From: an uncultured Gemmatimonadales bacterium | GTDB lineage: Bacteria; Gemmatimonadota; Gemmatimonadetes; Gemmatimonadales; GWC2-71-9 | Length of the DNA stretch: 64,000 nt | Direction of reading: 5' to 3' | Assembly: GCA_963717315.1 (NCBI GenBank) | Contig: CAVQWA010000053.1 | Location: 18,217-82,216, forward strand | Shown here: positions 49,289 to 59,292 of the stretch, one piece after another | How the letters are laid out: the number at the start of each line of letters is the position of its first letter | Numbering within the stretch: position 1 is the stretch's first letter | Translations under genes and position numbers: made by a program | Notes under the pieces: generated by a model | Databases searched by the model: none | Seen by the model: only the letters and a program-made list of their open reading frames with translations | What the model was told of the DNA's origin: nothing

Positions 49289-50347
49289 CTATGCCGGCGT
49301 GGCGGGCCGGGCCTTGATGGCCCAGGTGGGGCAGTTCCGCACGTAGCTCCCGTCGAACGGCGACCAGACCTGCTCCGGCGCCACCACCACCGCCTTGTCC
49401 TCGCCGTCCATCCGGAAGATGTCGGGCGCGCGCGCCACGCAGGCGCGGCAGCCGATGCAGTGCTCCCGGTCCACGCTCAGCACCACCCGCCGGCGCGGGT
49501 AGAGACCGATCGCCCCGCGCTCGAAGACGTCCTCGAGGTGGTCCAGCGCCTCGAGCGTGGCGCGGTACCCTTCCTCCAGCATTGCCGCGGTGTCGCCGAA
49601 GCCGAACATCGAGAGGTGCGCCAGCCGCGGCGCCACCAGCAGCACCGGTGGCCGGCGATAGGTGAGGGCCTGGAGCTCGAGCCGCGTGCCCATCACGATC
49701 TCGAAACCGCGGGCGTAGGTGGCGGCGAAGCCCTGGCGCTCGACCCCCTCCCGGAGCGCCCCGCCGCCGCCGAGGTCCACCGCGATCACCGGCCCGGGCA
49801 CCAGGACCCCGGCGGCGCGGATCGGCAGGCTCTCGATGACCGCCCCGTCCATGAACCAGCGGCCCCGGATCTCGCGCGGCGGGAAGATGCCCGGCAGGGC
49901 ACAGGAGGCGAAGACCGCCTCCGCCACCGGCACGTCGTCGAGGCCGGGGAGGCCCCAGAGCACCTGCATGCCGGAGTTGAGGTCCGAGGTGTTGACCACG
50001 AGCCGGTGGCCCAGCTCGCGGAAGGTCCGGGCCCCGACGAGGCTCCGGATGAGCGTGTCCAGCGGCTCCTTCCGGTAGACCGCCGGCGAGAGCATCCGGC
50101 GGAACGCCATGTCGGTGTGGGCGATCTGGAAGACGTGCTTCCGCTCCACCAGGAGCGCCCGCTCCCAGAGGGCGTCCACCGACTCGCCGGCGGCGTAGGC
50201 CGCGGCGACCAGGGAGCCGATGCTCGTCCCGACGATCGCGCCCGGCGCCAGGCCGCGCTCCTCCAGTGCCCGCAGCACGCCCACGTGCGCGAGGCCCTTG
50301 AGGCCGCCGCCGCCGAGGACGAGGGAGAAGGATCTGGAATCGGACAC
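49289..50347 (-). CDS. Patatin-like phospholipase fused to a C-terminal single-cluster ferredoxin domain
   Basis: GTG at 50347, 352 aa. Patatin motifs GGGGLKGLAHVGVL, GTSIGS and DGA. The C-terminus CIGCRACV....P......(x)..CP is a ferredoxin-type cluster motif. Confidence 0.8.
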   Translation of the reverse strand: MSDSRSFSLVLGGGGLKGLAHVGVLRALEERGLAPGAIVGTSIGSLVAAAYAAGESVDALWERALLVERKHVFQIAHTDMAFRRMLSPAVYRKEPLDTLIRSLVGARTFRELGHRLVVNTSDLNSGMQVLWGLPGLDDVPVAEAVFASCALPGIFPPREIRGRWFMDGAVIESLPIRAAGVLVPGPVIAVDLGGGGALREGVERQGFAATYARGFEIVMGTRLELQALTYRRPPVLLVAPRLAHLSMFGFGDTAAMLEEGYRATLEALDHLEDVFERGAIGLYPRRRVVLSVDREHCIGCRACVARAPDIFRMDGEDKAVVVAPEQVWSPFDGSYVRNCPTWAIKARPATPA

Positions 50348-50422
50348 GGGTTGCCCTGTCGGACGCGGTCCCCCTAACGTAAGGCGCCACCCCCCATCCC
50401 GCCGCAAGGCCAGGCCCCGCGC

Positions 50423-51610
50423 GTGAACGTTCCCTCGCCGACCTCCGCTGCTCCCGTCGTACCCGGCTACGACGTGGACGCGCTGCGCCGGGAGGAGTTC
50501 CCCTGGGCGGCGGAGACGGCCTACCTGAACCACGCCAGCACCGGTCCCATCCCCGCCTCGGCCCGGCGCCTGCTCGCCGACTACCAGCGCCGGCGCGCCG
50601 AGCCGCACCGGCTTGCCCCCGACGACCTCTTCCCGGTCCTCGCGGCGGCCCGCGCCGCGGCCGCCCGGCTGATCAACGCCGACCCGGCGGAGATCGCGCT
50701 CGCGCCGAACACGAGTTACGGGCTCAACCTGGCGGCGCTGGCCCTTCCGCTCGACCCGGGGAGCGTGATCCTGGCGAGCGACCGGGAGTTTCCCGCGCTG
50801 GTCCATCCGTTCCGCCATCGCGCCCGCCACGGGGACGTCCGGTTCGAGCTGCTGCCGGTCACCCCGGAGGGCTGGCCCGACGAGCCGGCGCTCCTCGCCC
50901 GGCTCGACGACCCGGCAGTGCGGTGCGTGGCGGTCTCGCTCACCCAGTTCGCCAACGGCTACACCGTGGACCTGGCGCGGCTCTCGCACGAGACCCGCCG
51001 GCGCGGCGTCTGGCTGGTGGTGGACGCGATCCAGGCCTGCGGGCAGGTGCCGGTGGACGTGCGCGCGACGCCGGTGGACCTCCTCGCCTGCGGCGCGCAG
51101 AAGTGGCTCCTCTCCCCGTGGGGCACCGGGTTTCTCTGGGTGCGCCCGGACCTGGTGCCCCGGCTCGAGCCGCCCTGGGCGGGGTGGATGGCGTTCGAGG
51201 GGACCGACGACTTCACCCGGCTCTGCGCCTACGACCCCCGGTTCCGCCGGGACGCGCGCCGGTTCGAGATGGTGACGCTCCCGTTCCACGACTTCGTCGG
51301 GATGGCCGCCGCGGTCGACCTCCTCGCCGGCCTGGGGACGGCGGCGGTGGCGGCGCACCTTCGCGACGTCGTCCGTCCGGTGGTCGAGTGGGCCGGGCGG
51401 CGGGGCGTGCCCATCACCTCCCCGCTCGGCCCCCGGGCTTCCGGCATCCTCTGCGTGGCGCCCCCGGCACCCGAGCGCACCTTCGCCGCGCTGGCGGCAG
51501 CGGGCATCGCGGCGAGCCTGCGGGAGGGCTCGATCCGCCTCTCCCCGCACGCGTACAACACGGTGGACGAGCTCGCGCGCGTGGCCGAGGTGCTCGAGCG
51601 CGCCCGCTGA
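50423..51610 (+). CDS. Class V aminotransferase / cysteine desulfurase-like PLP enzyme
   Basis: 395 aa with GTG start. Motifs: YLNHAS.GP, and DA.Q..G..P.DV....D.L....QKWL..P.G.G with the PLP lysine. Confidence 0.75.
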   Translation: MNVPSPTSAAPVVPGYDVDALRREEFPWAAETAYLNHASTGPIPASARRLLADYQRRRAEPHRLAPDDLFPVLAAARAAAARLINADPAEIALAPNTSYGLNLAALALPLDPGSVILASDREFPALVHPFRHRARHGDVRFELLPVTPEGWPDEPALLARLDDPAVRCVAVSLTQFANGYTVDLARLSHETRRRGVWLVVDAIQACGQVPVDVRATPVDLLACGAQKWLLSPWGTGFLWVRPDLVPRLEPPWAGWMAFEGTDDFTRLCAYDPRFRRDARRFEMVTLPFHDFVGMAAAVDLLAGLGTAAVAAHLRDVVRPVVEWAGRRGVPITSPLGPRASGILCVAPPAPERTFAALAAAGIAASLREGSIRLSPHAYNTVDELARVAEVLERAR

Positions 51611-51611
51611 G

Positions 51612-52856
51612 ATGCGGATCGCCTTCCTCGTCGTCCGCTTTCCCGTCGCGGCGGAGACGCCGTTCCTCAACCAGGTCACCGGGCTGATCGACCGCGGGCA
51701 CGACGTGCGGATCTTCGCGGACGAACGCCCCGGCGGCTCCCTCGAGCATCCCGACGTGGCGCGCTACGGCCTGGAGGCGCTCACCTCCTGGCCGGCGCGG
51801 CTCCCGAAGGGTGTCTTCGCACGAGCCGTCGCCGCGCGCCGAGCGCTCGCCGGCCGTCCGGCGCCGGAACGCCGGCTCCTCGTCCGCTCCCTCGACCCCC
51901 GCCTCGGGCGCCCCGCCCGCACCCTCAACCTCTTCGCCCAGACGCTCCGTTACCTCCCGGGCGAGCGCTTCGACGTGATCCAGGGCTGCTTCGGACCGGA
52001 CGGCATCCGGGCCGAGAAGCTCCGCCGGATCGGCGTGCTCCGCGGCCCGATCGTCACCGCCGTCCGCGGCTACGACCTGAGCAAGTACCTGCGGCGGCGG
52101 GGACCGGGCGCCTACGCCGCCCTCTTCCGCGCCGGGGAGCGCTTCCTCCCGGTCTGCGAGGCGCTGGCCGCGCGACTCCGGTCGGTGGGGTGCCCAGCGG
52201 AGCGGATCACGGTCCACCACACCGGCATCCAGCTCCGCGACCATCCCTTCCGCCCGCGCGTCCTGCCGCGGGACCGGCCGCTCCGCCTCGTCACCGTCGG
52301 CCGCCTGGTGGAGAAGAAGGGCGTGGCCTTCGGGCTCGAGGTGGTGGCGTCGCTTGCGAGCGAGGGGCGCCCCGTCGAGTATCACGTCATCGGCGATGGG
52401 CCGCTCCGGCCGGCGCTCGAGGCGCAGGCCCGGGCCTGCCCGCCGGGCTCGGTGCAGTTCCACGGGGCGCTGCTCCCGGCGGGCGTCCGCGCCGCGCTCG
52501 AGGGGATGGACGCGATGCTCGCGCCCCACGTCACCGCGGCCGACGGTGACGAGGAGGGCATCCCCAACGCGCTCAAGGAGGCGATGGCGCTCGGCCTCCC
52601 CGTCGTCACCACCCGGCACAGCGGGATCCCCGAGCTGGTCGCCGACGGCGAGAGCGGCTGGCTCGCGGCCGAGCGGGACGTGGCGGGGCTCGTGCGCGGC
52701 GTGCTCGCGCTGCTGGACCACCCCGAGCGCTGGGCGCCGGTCACGGCCGCGGCGCGGGCGGCGGTGGAGCGCGGCTTCGACATCGACCGGCTCAACGACC
52801 GGCTGGTCACGATCTACGACGCCCTGGCGCCCCGGCACCCCACGGAGACCCGATGA
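51612..52856 (+). CDS. Glycosyltransferase family 4 (WcaL-like GT-B)
   Basis: 414 aa. Motifs: GRLVEKKG and EG.PN.L.EAMA.GLPVV.T.HSGIPELV.DG.SG.L..E.D. Confidence 0.85.
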   Translation: MRIAFLVVRFPVAAETPFLNQVTGLIDRGHDVRIFADERPGGSLEHPDVARYGLEALTSWPARLPKGVFARAVAARRALAGRPAPERRLLVRSLDPRLGRPARTLNLFAQTLRYLPGERFDVIQGCFGPDGIRAEKLRRIGVLRGPIVTAVRGYDLSKYLRRRGPGAYAALFRAGERFLPVCEALAARLRSVGCPAERITVHHTGIQLRDHPFRPRVLPRDRPLRLVTVGRLVEKKGVAFGLEVVASLASEGRPVEYHVIGDGPLRPALEAQARACPPGSVQFHGALLPAGVRAALEGMDAMLAPHVTAADGDEEGIPNALKEAMALGLPVVTTRHSGIPELVADGESGWLAAERDVAGLVRGVLALLDHPERWAPVTAAARAAVERGFDIDRLNDRLVTIYDALAPRHPTETR

Positions 52857-54397
52857 CGACTTTCGAGGAGCACCTCGCCCAGGGCTACGGCTTCGAGGGG
52901 CCTGCGCTCGCCCTCGGTGCCGCGCTGCACGAGGGCCGGACGTTCCACCCGCCCCACGTGCGGATCCCGCTCGCGATGCTCAACCGGCACGGGCTCGTGG
53001 CGGGGGCCACCGGCACCGGAAAGACCAGGAGCCTCCAGGTCCTCGCCGAGCAGTGCTCGGCGCAGGGGATTCCCGTCTTCGCCGCCGACGTGAAGGGCGA
53101 CCTCGCCGGCATCGCCCGCCCCGGCACCGCGAACCCGAAGGTGGAGGAACGCGCCGCGAGCGTGGGCCTCCCCTGGGCACCCGCCGGCTCGCCGGTGGAG
53201 TTCGTGAGCCTCACCGGGAAGCTCGGCGCCCAGCTCCGCGCGACGGTGAGCTCCTTCGGGCCGCTGATGCTCGCCAAGGTGCTCGACCTCAACGACACCC
53301 AGACCGGCGTGCTCACCCTGGTCTTCCGCTACTGCGACGACCACGGGCTCCCGCTCCTCGACTTCGCCGACCTGCGCACGGTGCTCCAGTTCCTCGGCTC
53401 GGAGGAGGGGAAGGCCGAGCTCGAGGGCGTCGGTGGCGCGTCGAAGCAGACCCTCGGCGTGCTCCTCCGGAAGATGGTGGAGCTGGAGGCGCAGGGCGCG
53501 GAGCGGTTCTTCGGGGAGCCGGAGTTCGACGTGCGGGACCTGCTGCACGTCACCCAGGACGGGAAGGGGATGGTGACCTGCCTCGAGCTGGCCGACGTCC
53601 AGGACCGGCCCCGGCTCTACTCCACCTTCCTGATGTGGCTGCTGGCCGAGCTCTACCAGGCGCTGCCGGAGGCGGGAGACCTCGAGAAGCCGAAGCTGGT
53701 CTTCTTCTTCGACGAGGCGCACCTGCTCTTCAGGGACGCGCCCAAGCCCTTCCTCGAGCAGGTCGAGCAGGTGGTGCGGCTGGTGCGCTCGAAGGGGGTG
53801 GGGGTGTTCTTCGTCACCCAGACCCCGAAGGACGTCCCGGCGAGCGTGCTGGCGCAGCTGGGGAACCGGGTGCAGCACGCGCTCCGGGCCCACACCCCCG
53901 ACGACGACGCGGCCATCCGCGCCACGGTGCGCACCTTCCCGAAGACCACGTTCTACGACCTGGACGAGACCCTCACCTCGCTCGGCATCGGCGAGGCGCT
54001 GGTGACCGCCCTCGGCCCGAAGGGCGTGCCCACGCCGGTCGTGGCCACGCGGATCACCGCGCCGGCGAGCCGGATGGCGCCGCTCACCCCCGACGAGTTC
54101 CAGGCGGAGGTCGCCGCCTCCGACCTGATGGCGGAGTACGGCACGCCGGTGGACCGCGAGAGCGCCCACGAGATGCTGGCCCGGCGGATGGAGCGGGCCG
54201 CCGAGGCGCGGACCGCGGCGGCCGAGGAGGCGAAGGCCGCGAAGGCCCCGCGGGGGCGGGCCGCGAAGTCGGTGGCGGCAATCACCGTCGGCGCCCTCGC
54301 CGGCGCCCTCGGCCGCACCGTGGGGCGGGAGGTGATCCGGGGGATGTTCGGGCTGCTGGGGGCGAAGCCACCCAGGACGACGCGGCGGAGGAGGTAG
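52853..54397 (+). CDS. DUF853-family (YjgR/HerA-like) P-loop ATPase
   Basis: 514 aa with ATGA overlap upstream. Walker A GATGTGKT, Walker B VFFFDEAH, and a basic C-terminal tail. Confidence 0.82.
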   Translation: MTTFEEHLAQGYGFEGPALALGAALHEGRTFHPPHVRIPLAMLNRHGLVAGATGTGKTRSLQVLAEQCSAQGIPVFAADVKGDLAGIARPGTANPKVEERAASVGLPWAPAGSPVEFVSLTGKLGAQLRATVSSFGPLMLAKVLDLNDTQTGVLTLVFRYCDDHGLPLLDFADLRTVLQFLGSEEGKAELEGVGGASKQTLGVLLRKMVELEAQGAERFFGEPEFDVRDLLHVTQDGKGMVTCLELADVQDRPRLYSTFLMWLLAELYQALPEAGDLEKPKLVFFFDEAHLLFRDAPKPFLEQVEQVVRLVRSKGVGVFFVTQTPKDVPASVLAQLGNRVQHALRAHTPDDDAAIRATVRTFPKTTFYDLDETLTSLGIGEALVTALGPKGVPTPVVATRITAPASRMAPLTPDEFQAEVAASDLMAEYGTPVDRESAHEMLARRMERAAEARTAAAEEAKAAKAPRGRAAKSVAAITVGALAGALGRTVGREVIRGMFGLLGAKPPRTTRRRR

Positions 54398-54458
54398 GGC
54401 GGGGAGAGGGGAGAGGGGAGAGGGGAGAGGGGAGAGGGCCGCCTCCCCTCTCCCCTCC
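54398..54458. repeat. GGGGAGA/TCTCCCC heptamer hairpin element, copy e
   Basis: G-arm GGC(GGGGAGA)x5GGG at 54398-54438, loop CCGC, short C-arm CTCCCCTCTCCCCTCC at 54443-54458. The perfect core is 13 bp. It fills the convergent gap between the DUF853 stop (54397) and the tyrS stop (54461). Confidence 0.9.
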
Positions 54459-54460
54459 TA

Positions 54461-55735
54461 CTACTCGCCACCCCGCACGTCGAGCAGGGCGTAGTTCTTC
54501 CGCCCCTTCTGCAGCACGACCCACCGCCCATGCAGCAGGTCCGCGGCGGTGAGCCGGCGGTCGGGGCCGTCGAGCTTGGCGCCGTTGAGGGCGAAGCCGC
54601 GCTGCTCCAGGCCGCGTCGGGCGTCCGCCTTGGACGACGCGAGGCCCGCGGCGAGGAGGGCCTCCGCGACCGGGAGTCCCGCACCGAGGGCTTCCGGGTC
54701 GAGCGGTGCGGTCGGTACCTCGCCCGCGATCACCTCCAGCACGTCCGCCGGGGCGGCGGACAGGTCCTCCGCGGCGAAGAGCAGCCGGCTCGCCTCGATC
54801 ACCCGCCGCACCACGTCGGTCCCGTGCACCCGCCCGGTCACGTCCTCCGCCAGCAGCCGCTGCGCCCTCCGGGCCGCGGGGTCGCTCACCGTGTCGTCCA
54901 TCGCCTCGGTGATGCGGGAGAGCGGCAGGAAGGTGAACGTCCGGAGCAGGCGGTCAACGTCGCGGTCGTCCGCGTTGAGCCAGAACTGGAAGAAGCGGTA
55001 GGGGCTCGTCCTTGCGGGATCGAGCCACACGTTGCCCGCCCCGCTCTTCCCGAACTTCGCACCGGCCGAGGTCGTCAGCAGTGGCAGGACCAGGCCGTGC
55101 GCCGTGGCGCCGTCCCGCTTGCCGATGAAGTCGATCCCGGCGGTGATGTTCCCCCACTGGTCGCTTCCGCCCACCTGCAGCTCGCACCCCTCGGTCCGGT
55201 GGAGGTGGGCGAAGTCGTACGCCTGGAGCAGCGCATAGCTGAACTCGGTGTAGGAGATCCCCGTCTCCAGCCGGCTCCGGATGGACTCCTTCTGGAGGAG
55301 CGAGCCGATCGAGAAGTGCTTCCCGGCATCGCGGAGGAAGTCGAGCAGGCCGAGTCCTCCGAGCCAGTCGGCGTTGTTCACCATCCGGGCGCCGCGGGGG
55401 CCGGAGAAGTCCAGGAAGCGCTCCAGCTGGATCCGGATCGCGGCGGCATTGGCCGCCACCGTCTCCGGTGCCAGGAGGGGCCGCTCGGCCCGCTTGCCGC
55501 TCGGGTCGCCGATCAGGCCGGTGGCACCGCCGACCAGCGCCACGGGGCGGCCGCCGGTCCGCTGGAGCCAGGCGAGGGCCATCACCGGGACGAGGTTGCC
55601 GACGTGGAGCGAGTCCGCCGTCGGGTCGAACCCGGCGTAGCCGGTCACGGGGCCGCGTGCGAGGCGCTCCGCCAGCCCGGGGGTGGCGTCGTGCACCAGG
55701 CCGCGCTCGGCGAGGACGTCGAGAAGGGTGGTCAT
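54461..55735 (-). CDS. tyrS: Tyrosine--tRNA ligase
   Basis: Internal ATG at 55735, 424 aa. HIGH-type [19 protein letters not shown]-type KFGKS, and a C-terminal S4-like domain. Confidence 0.92.
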   Translation of the reverse strand: MTTLLDVLAERGLVHDATPGLAERLARGPVTGYAGFDPTADSLHVGNLVPVMALAWLQRTGGRPVALVGGATGLIGDPSGKRAERPLLAPETVAANAAAIRIQLERFLDFSGPRGARMVNNADWLGGLGLLDFLRDAGKHFSIGSLLQKESIRSRLETGISYTEFSYALLQAYDFAHLHRTEGCELQVGGSDQWGNITAGIDFIGKRDGATAHGLVLPLLTTSAGAKFGKSGAGNVWLDPARTSPYRFFQFWLNADDRDVDRLLRTFTFLPLSRITEAMDDTVSDPAARRAQRLLAEDVTGRVHGTDVVRRVIEASRLLFAAEDLSAAPADVLEVIAGEVPTAPLDPEALGAGLPVAEALLAAGLASSKADARRGLEQRGFALNGAKLDGPDRRLTAADLLHGRWVVLQKGRKNYALLDVRGGE

Positions 55736-55808
55736 CGCGGCGAATCGTACTCCCGGTGCGGGGCCGGCGGGAGTGGCCCCGGGCCGGGGGCCGCCGCTAA
55801 TTTCGGTG

Positions 55809-57956
55809 ATGAACCCGATCCTCGGCCGGCTGCGGCGGTGGTGGGGCGCCGCGTCGGCTCGGCAGCTCGTGCTGGTCGCCTTCGCCGCGGTGCTGGTCTT
55901 CGGCCTGGCGCTGCTGGGCGGCGCGTGGGCCTTCGCCTGCGCCGGGTCCCGTTGCCCCTCCACGGCGGGGCTCGCCGAGCACGACCCCGACCAGACTTCC
56001 AAGGTCTACGCCGCCGACGGCCGGCTCATCACCGAGCTCGGGCTCGAGCGCCGCACCGTCGTGCCGCTGGCCGAGATGTCGCCTGCCGTGATCGCCGCGT
56101 TCCTCGCCACCGAGGACAAGCGGTTCTACCAGCACGGCGGGGTGGACTGGATCCGCGTCCTCGGTGCGGTGAAGGCCAACCTCCTCGCGATGGGCGTGGA
56201 GGAGGGGTTCTCGACCATCACGATGCAGCTGGCCGGGAACCTCTGGCCCGAGGACATCAACCGGCGCGAGCGCTCCATCGGCCGGAAGCTGCGCGAGGCC
56301 AAGGTGGCGCGCGCCATCGAGCGGCGCTACGGCAAGGACAAGATCCTCGAGCTCTACCTCAACCAGATCGACCTCGGCAACCGCGCGTTCGGCGTGGAGG
56401 CCGCCTCCCAGCGCTACTTCGGCAAGTCGGTCCGCGACCTCAACGTCGCCGAGGCGGCGGTGCTCGCCGCGCTGCCGAAGGCGCCGTCGTACTACAACCC
56501 CCGCCGCTATCCCCAGCGCGCGCTGCGCCGCCGCAACCTGGTGATCGGGCTCCTCGCCGGCGCTGGCTACCTGCGCCAGGCCGACGCCGAGCGCTGGAAG
56601 GCCTGGCCGCTCCAGCTCTCCTCGCGGTCGGACTACAGCGGCGTGGCCCAGTACTTCGTCGAGTACGTGCGGCAGCAGCTCGAGGCGCGGTTCGGCGCCG
56701 ACCTCTACCGCTCGGGGTACCGGATCTACACCACCATCGACCTCGACATGCAGCAGGCGGCGGAGCGGGCCCTCGAGGCGCAGCTCCAGGCCATCGAGGG
56801 CGGCAAGGAGTACGGCCGCTTCCCCCATCCGAGCTACCGGCAGTACCTCGACAGCCTCGACGAGGAATCCCCCCGCACCGACGAGACCGGGCGGAGCCCC
56901 TACCTGCAGGGGCTCGCCATCGTCCTCGACCCCCGCTCCGGCGCCATTCGCGCGATGGTCGGGGGCCGCGACTTCGACGACAGCAAGTTCAACCGTGCGG
57001 TGCAGGCGCGGCGCCAGGCCGGCTCCACCTTCAAGCCGATCGTGTACTCCGCGGCGCTCCGCGCCGGCGTGCCGCTCAGCCACATCCTCGTGGACGAGCC
57101 GATCAGCATCGAGGCCATCCCGGGGGAGCCGCCCTGGGAGCCGAAGAACTACGACCTGTCGTCCGAGGGCCCGATGTCGATGCGGCAGGCCCTCTACCGC
57201 TCGCAGAACATCCCCGCCATCAAGCTCGGGATGGAGATCGGGGAGCAGGCGGTCATCGCCGAGGCGATCCGGTACGGGCTCACCGCCACGCGCATCCCCC
57301 CGGTACCCTCCATCCACATCGGGGCGGTGGACGTGAGCCCGCTGGAGATGGTGGCAGCCTACACCGCGTTCGCCACCAGCGGGGTGCGTGCCGTGCCCAC
57401 CGCGGTCGCCCGGGTCGAGGACCGTGCCGGGCGGATCCTCTGGGAGCCCCAGCCGCGCTCGGTGATGGTGATGGACGCGGACCAGGCGTGGCTCATCCGC
57501 GACGTGCTGCGGGACGTGGTCCGCCGCGGCACCGCCACGCGTGCGGTGGCCGGCCTCGCCGTGCCCGCCGGCGGCAAGACCGGCACCACGAACGACTACA
57601 AGGACGTCTGGTTCATCGGGTTCACCCCGGACCTGGTGGCCGGATTCTGGGCCGGCTTCGACGAGCCGCAGCGCATCATGAACAACGCCCAGGGCGGCCG
57701 GCTCGCCGCGCCCGCCTGGTCGCGGTTGATGAAGGAGATCTACGAGCGCCGGCCGGCGCCGGCGGAGTGGACGCGGCCGGCGGGACTCGAGTTCGAGGAG
57801 ATCGACGGCTCCACCGGGTACCGGGCCGGGCCGTTCTGTCCCGCGGACGTCCGGCAGGTGGAGTGGTTCCTGCCGAACACCGCGCCGGTCGAGGTCTGTC
57901 CGGTGCACTCGCCGTTCCTCGGCTCCGGCGGCGCCGCCCTTCCCCCGGTGAACTGA
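55809..57956 (+). CDS. Penicillin-binding protein 1A (bifunctional glycosyltransferase/transpeptidase)
   Basis: In-frame ATG at 55809, 715 aa. TM anchor. GT51 motifs [22 protein letters not shown]. Transpeptidase motifs STFKP, SxN-like SQN, KTGTT. Confidence 0.92.
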   Translation: MNPILGRLRRWWGAASARQLVLVAFAAVLVFGLALLGGAWAFACAGSRCPSTAGLAEHDPDQTSKVYAADGRLITELGLERRTVVPLAEMSPAVIAAFLATEDKRFYQHGGVDWIRVLGAVKANLLAMGVEEGFSTITMQLAGNLWPEDINRRERSIGRKLREAKVARAIERRYGKDKILELYLNQIDLGNRAFGVEAASQRYFGKSVRDLNVAEAAVLAALPKAPSYYNPRRYPQRALRRRNLVIGLLAGAGYLRQADAERWKAWPLQLSSRSDYSGVAQYFVEYVRQQLEARFGADLYRSGYRIYTTIDLDMQQAAERALEAQLQAIEGGKEYGRFPHPSYRQYLDSLDEESPRTDETGRSPYLQGLAIVLDPRSGAIRAMVGGRDFDDSKFNRAVQARRQAGSTFKPIVYSAALRAGVPLSHILVDEPISIEAIPGEPPWEPKNYDLSSEGPMSMRQALYRSQNIPAIKLGMEIGEQAVIAEAIRYGLTATRIPPVPSIHIGAVDVSPLEMVAAYTAFATSGVRAVPTAVARVEDRAGRILWEPQPRSVMVMDADQAWLIRDVLRDVVRRGTATRAVAGLAVPAGGKTGTTNDYKDVWFIGFTPDLVAGFWAGFDEPQRIMNNAQGGRLAAPAWSRLMKEIYERRPAPAEWTRPAGLEFEEIDGSTGYRAGPFCPADVRQVEWFLPNTAPVEVCPVHSPFLGSGGAALPPVN

Positions 57957-57960
57957 GGCG

Positions 57961-59208
57961 ATGCTCCGCTTCCGCGCCGACTGGCTGGTGCCCGTGACCG
58001 CCCCGCCCATCCCGGACGGGGCGGTCCTCGTTGCGGCCGGTGGGCGGGTGGCCGCCGCCGGCCCCGACGCGATGGTGCCCCGGCCGCCCGGCGTCCCCGA
58101 GCTCCGGCTCGACGGCGCGGCGCTGCTGCCCGGCCTGGTGAATGCGCACACCCACCTGGAGCTGACCGGACTGGCGGGGCGGGCGGAGGAAGCGGACTTC
58201 GTCGCCTGGATCGGGACCATCCGCCGGCTCAAGGCCGAGCGCGGACCGGAGGAATGCCTGGCGGCGGCGCGGGATGGGATCCGGCAGGGGTGGGCGAGTG
58301 GCGTCACGACCGTCGCGGACACCGGCGACAGCGGGGCCGGCCTTCGGGCGCTTGCCGAGCTGGGTGGGAGCGGCGTGGCCTACCAGGAGGTCTTCGGCCC
58401 CGACCCCGCACAGGCGGGGGAGAGCCTCGCGGGACTCGGTGCGGCGGTGGCGGCGCTCCGGCTGGTCCAGACCGGCCGGGCCAGGCTCGGGGTCTCGCCC
58501 CATGCGCCCTACAGCGTGTCGGGCGCGCTGTACGCGGCGGTGGCGCGGCTGGCCGCGGAGGAGGACCTCCCGCTCGCCGTGCACGTCGCCGAGTCGGCGG
58601 CGGAGTCGGCGCTGCTCGCGGACGGGAGCGGCGGGTTCGCGTCGGCGTGGGAACGGCGGGGGATCACTCCGCCGGCGGCCGGCGTGACGCCGGTGGCGTG
58701 GCTGGAGCGGCACGGCGTGCTCGGACCCCGGACCCTCTGCATCCACGCGGTGCGGGTCGACGAGGCGGACATCGGGCGGCTTCGGGCAGCCGGCGCCGGC
58801 GTGGCGCACTGCCCGCTGAGCAACCTCCGCCACGGCCACGGGAGCGCGCCGCTCGCGGCACTGCTCGGCGCCGGCCTCCGGGTGGGGGTGGGCACCGACT
58901 CGGAGGCCAGCGTGGGGCCGGTCGACCTCCTGGCGGAGGCGCGCGCTGCGCGCAGGATCGCCGGCCTTGACGCACGGTCCGCGCTCGCCCTGGCCACCAC
59001 CGGCGCCGCGGCGGCGATCGGGCTGGCCGGGGAGGTGGGGGAGCTCTCGCCCGGCGCCTGGGCCGACGTCGTCGCCGTTGCGCTGCCGTCGGGCGTCGGT
59101 GCGGGTGGCGTCGAGGAAGCGGTGCTCGGCTCGGGCGCGGCGCGGGTGCTCGGCACCTGGGTCGGGGGGCGCCCCGTCTTCCGCCCGGAGGGGGTCGCGA
59201 CGCCGTAG
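57961..59208 (+). CDS. Amidohydrolase-family metallohydrolase (chlorohydrolase/nucleoside deaminase-like)
   Basis: 415 aa. Motifs: PGLVNAHTHLE, HV.ES, H......D, GTDS. Confidence 0.8.
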   Translation: MLRFRADWLVPVTAPPIPDGAVLVAAGGRVAAAGPDAMVPRPPGVPELRLDGAALLPGLVNAHTHLELTGLAGRAEEADFVAWIGTIRRLKAERGPEECLAAARDGIRQGWASGVTTVADTGDSGAGLRALAELGGSGVAYQEVFGPDPAQAGESLAGLGAAVAALRLVQTGRARLGVSPHAPYSVSGALYAAVARLAAEEDLPLAVHVAESAAESALLADGSGGFASAWERRGITPPAAGVTPVAWLERHGVLGPRTLCIHAVRVDEADIGRLRAAGAGVAHCPLSNLRHGHGSAPLAALLGAGLRVGVGTDSEASVGPVDLLAEARAARRIAGLDARSALALATTGAAAAIGLAGEVGELSPGAWADVVAVALPSGVGAGGVEEAVLGSGAARVLGTWVGGRPVFRPEGVATP

Positions 59209-59292
59209 CGCCACGCCGACCCGGCTTGCCGCCGCTCCGGCGCCCGCTTAGCGTACATCATCCACGTCACGAACAGGATCGGGAGCCCCACC

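Noticed and set aside
55748-55775. 7-bp inverted repeat ACTCCCG-N12-CGGGAGT in the tyrS/PBP1A divergent region, considered as a T-box or operator
   Set aside because: The 73-nt spacer is far too short for a T-box leader. The stem is short and GC-driven, and there is no specifier or T-box sequence.
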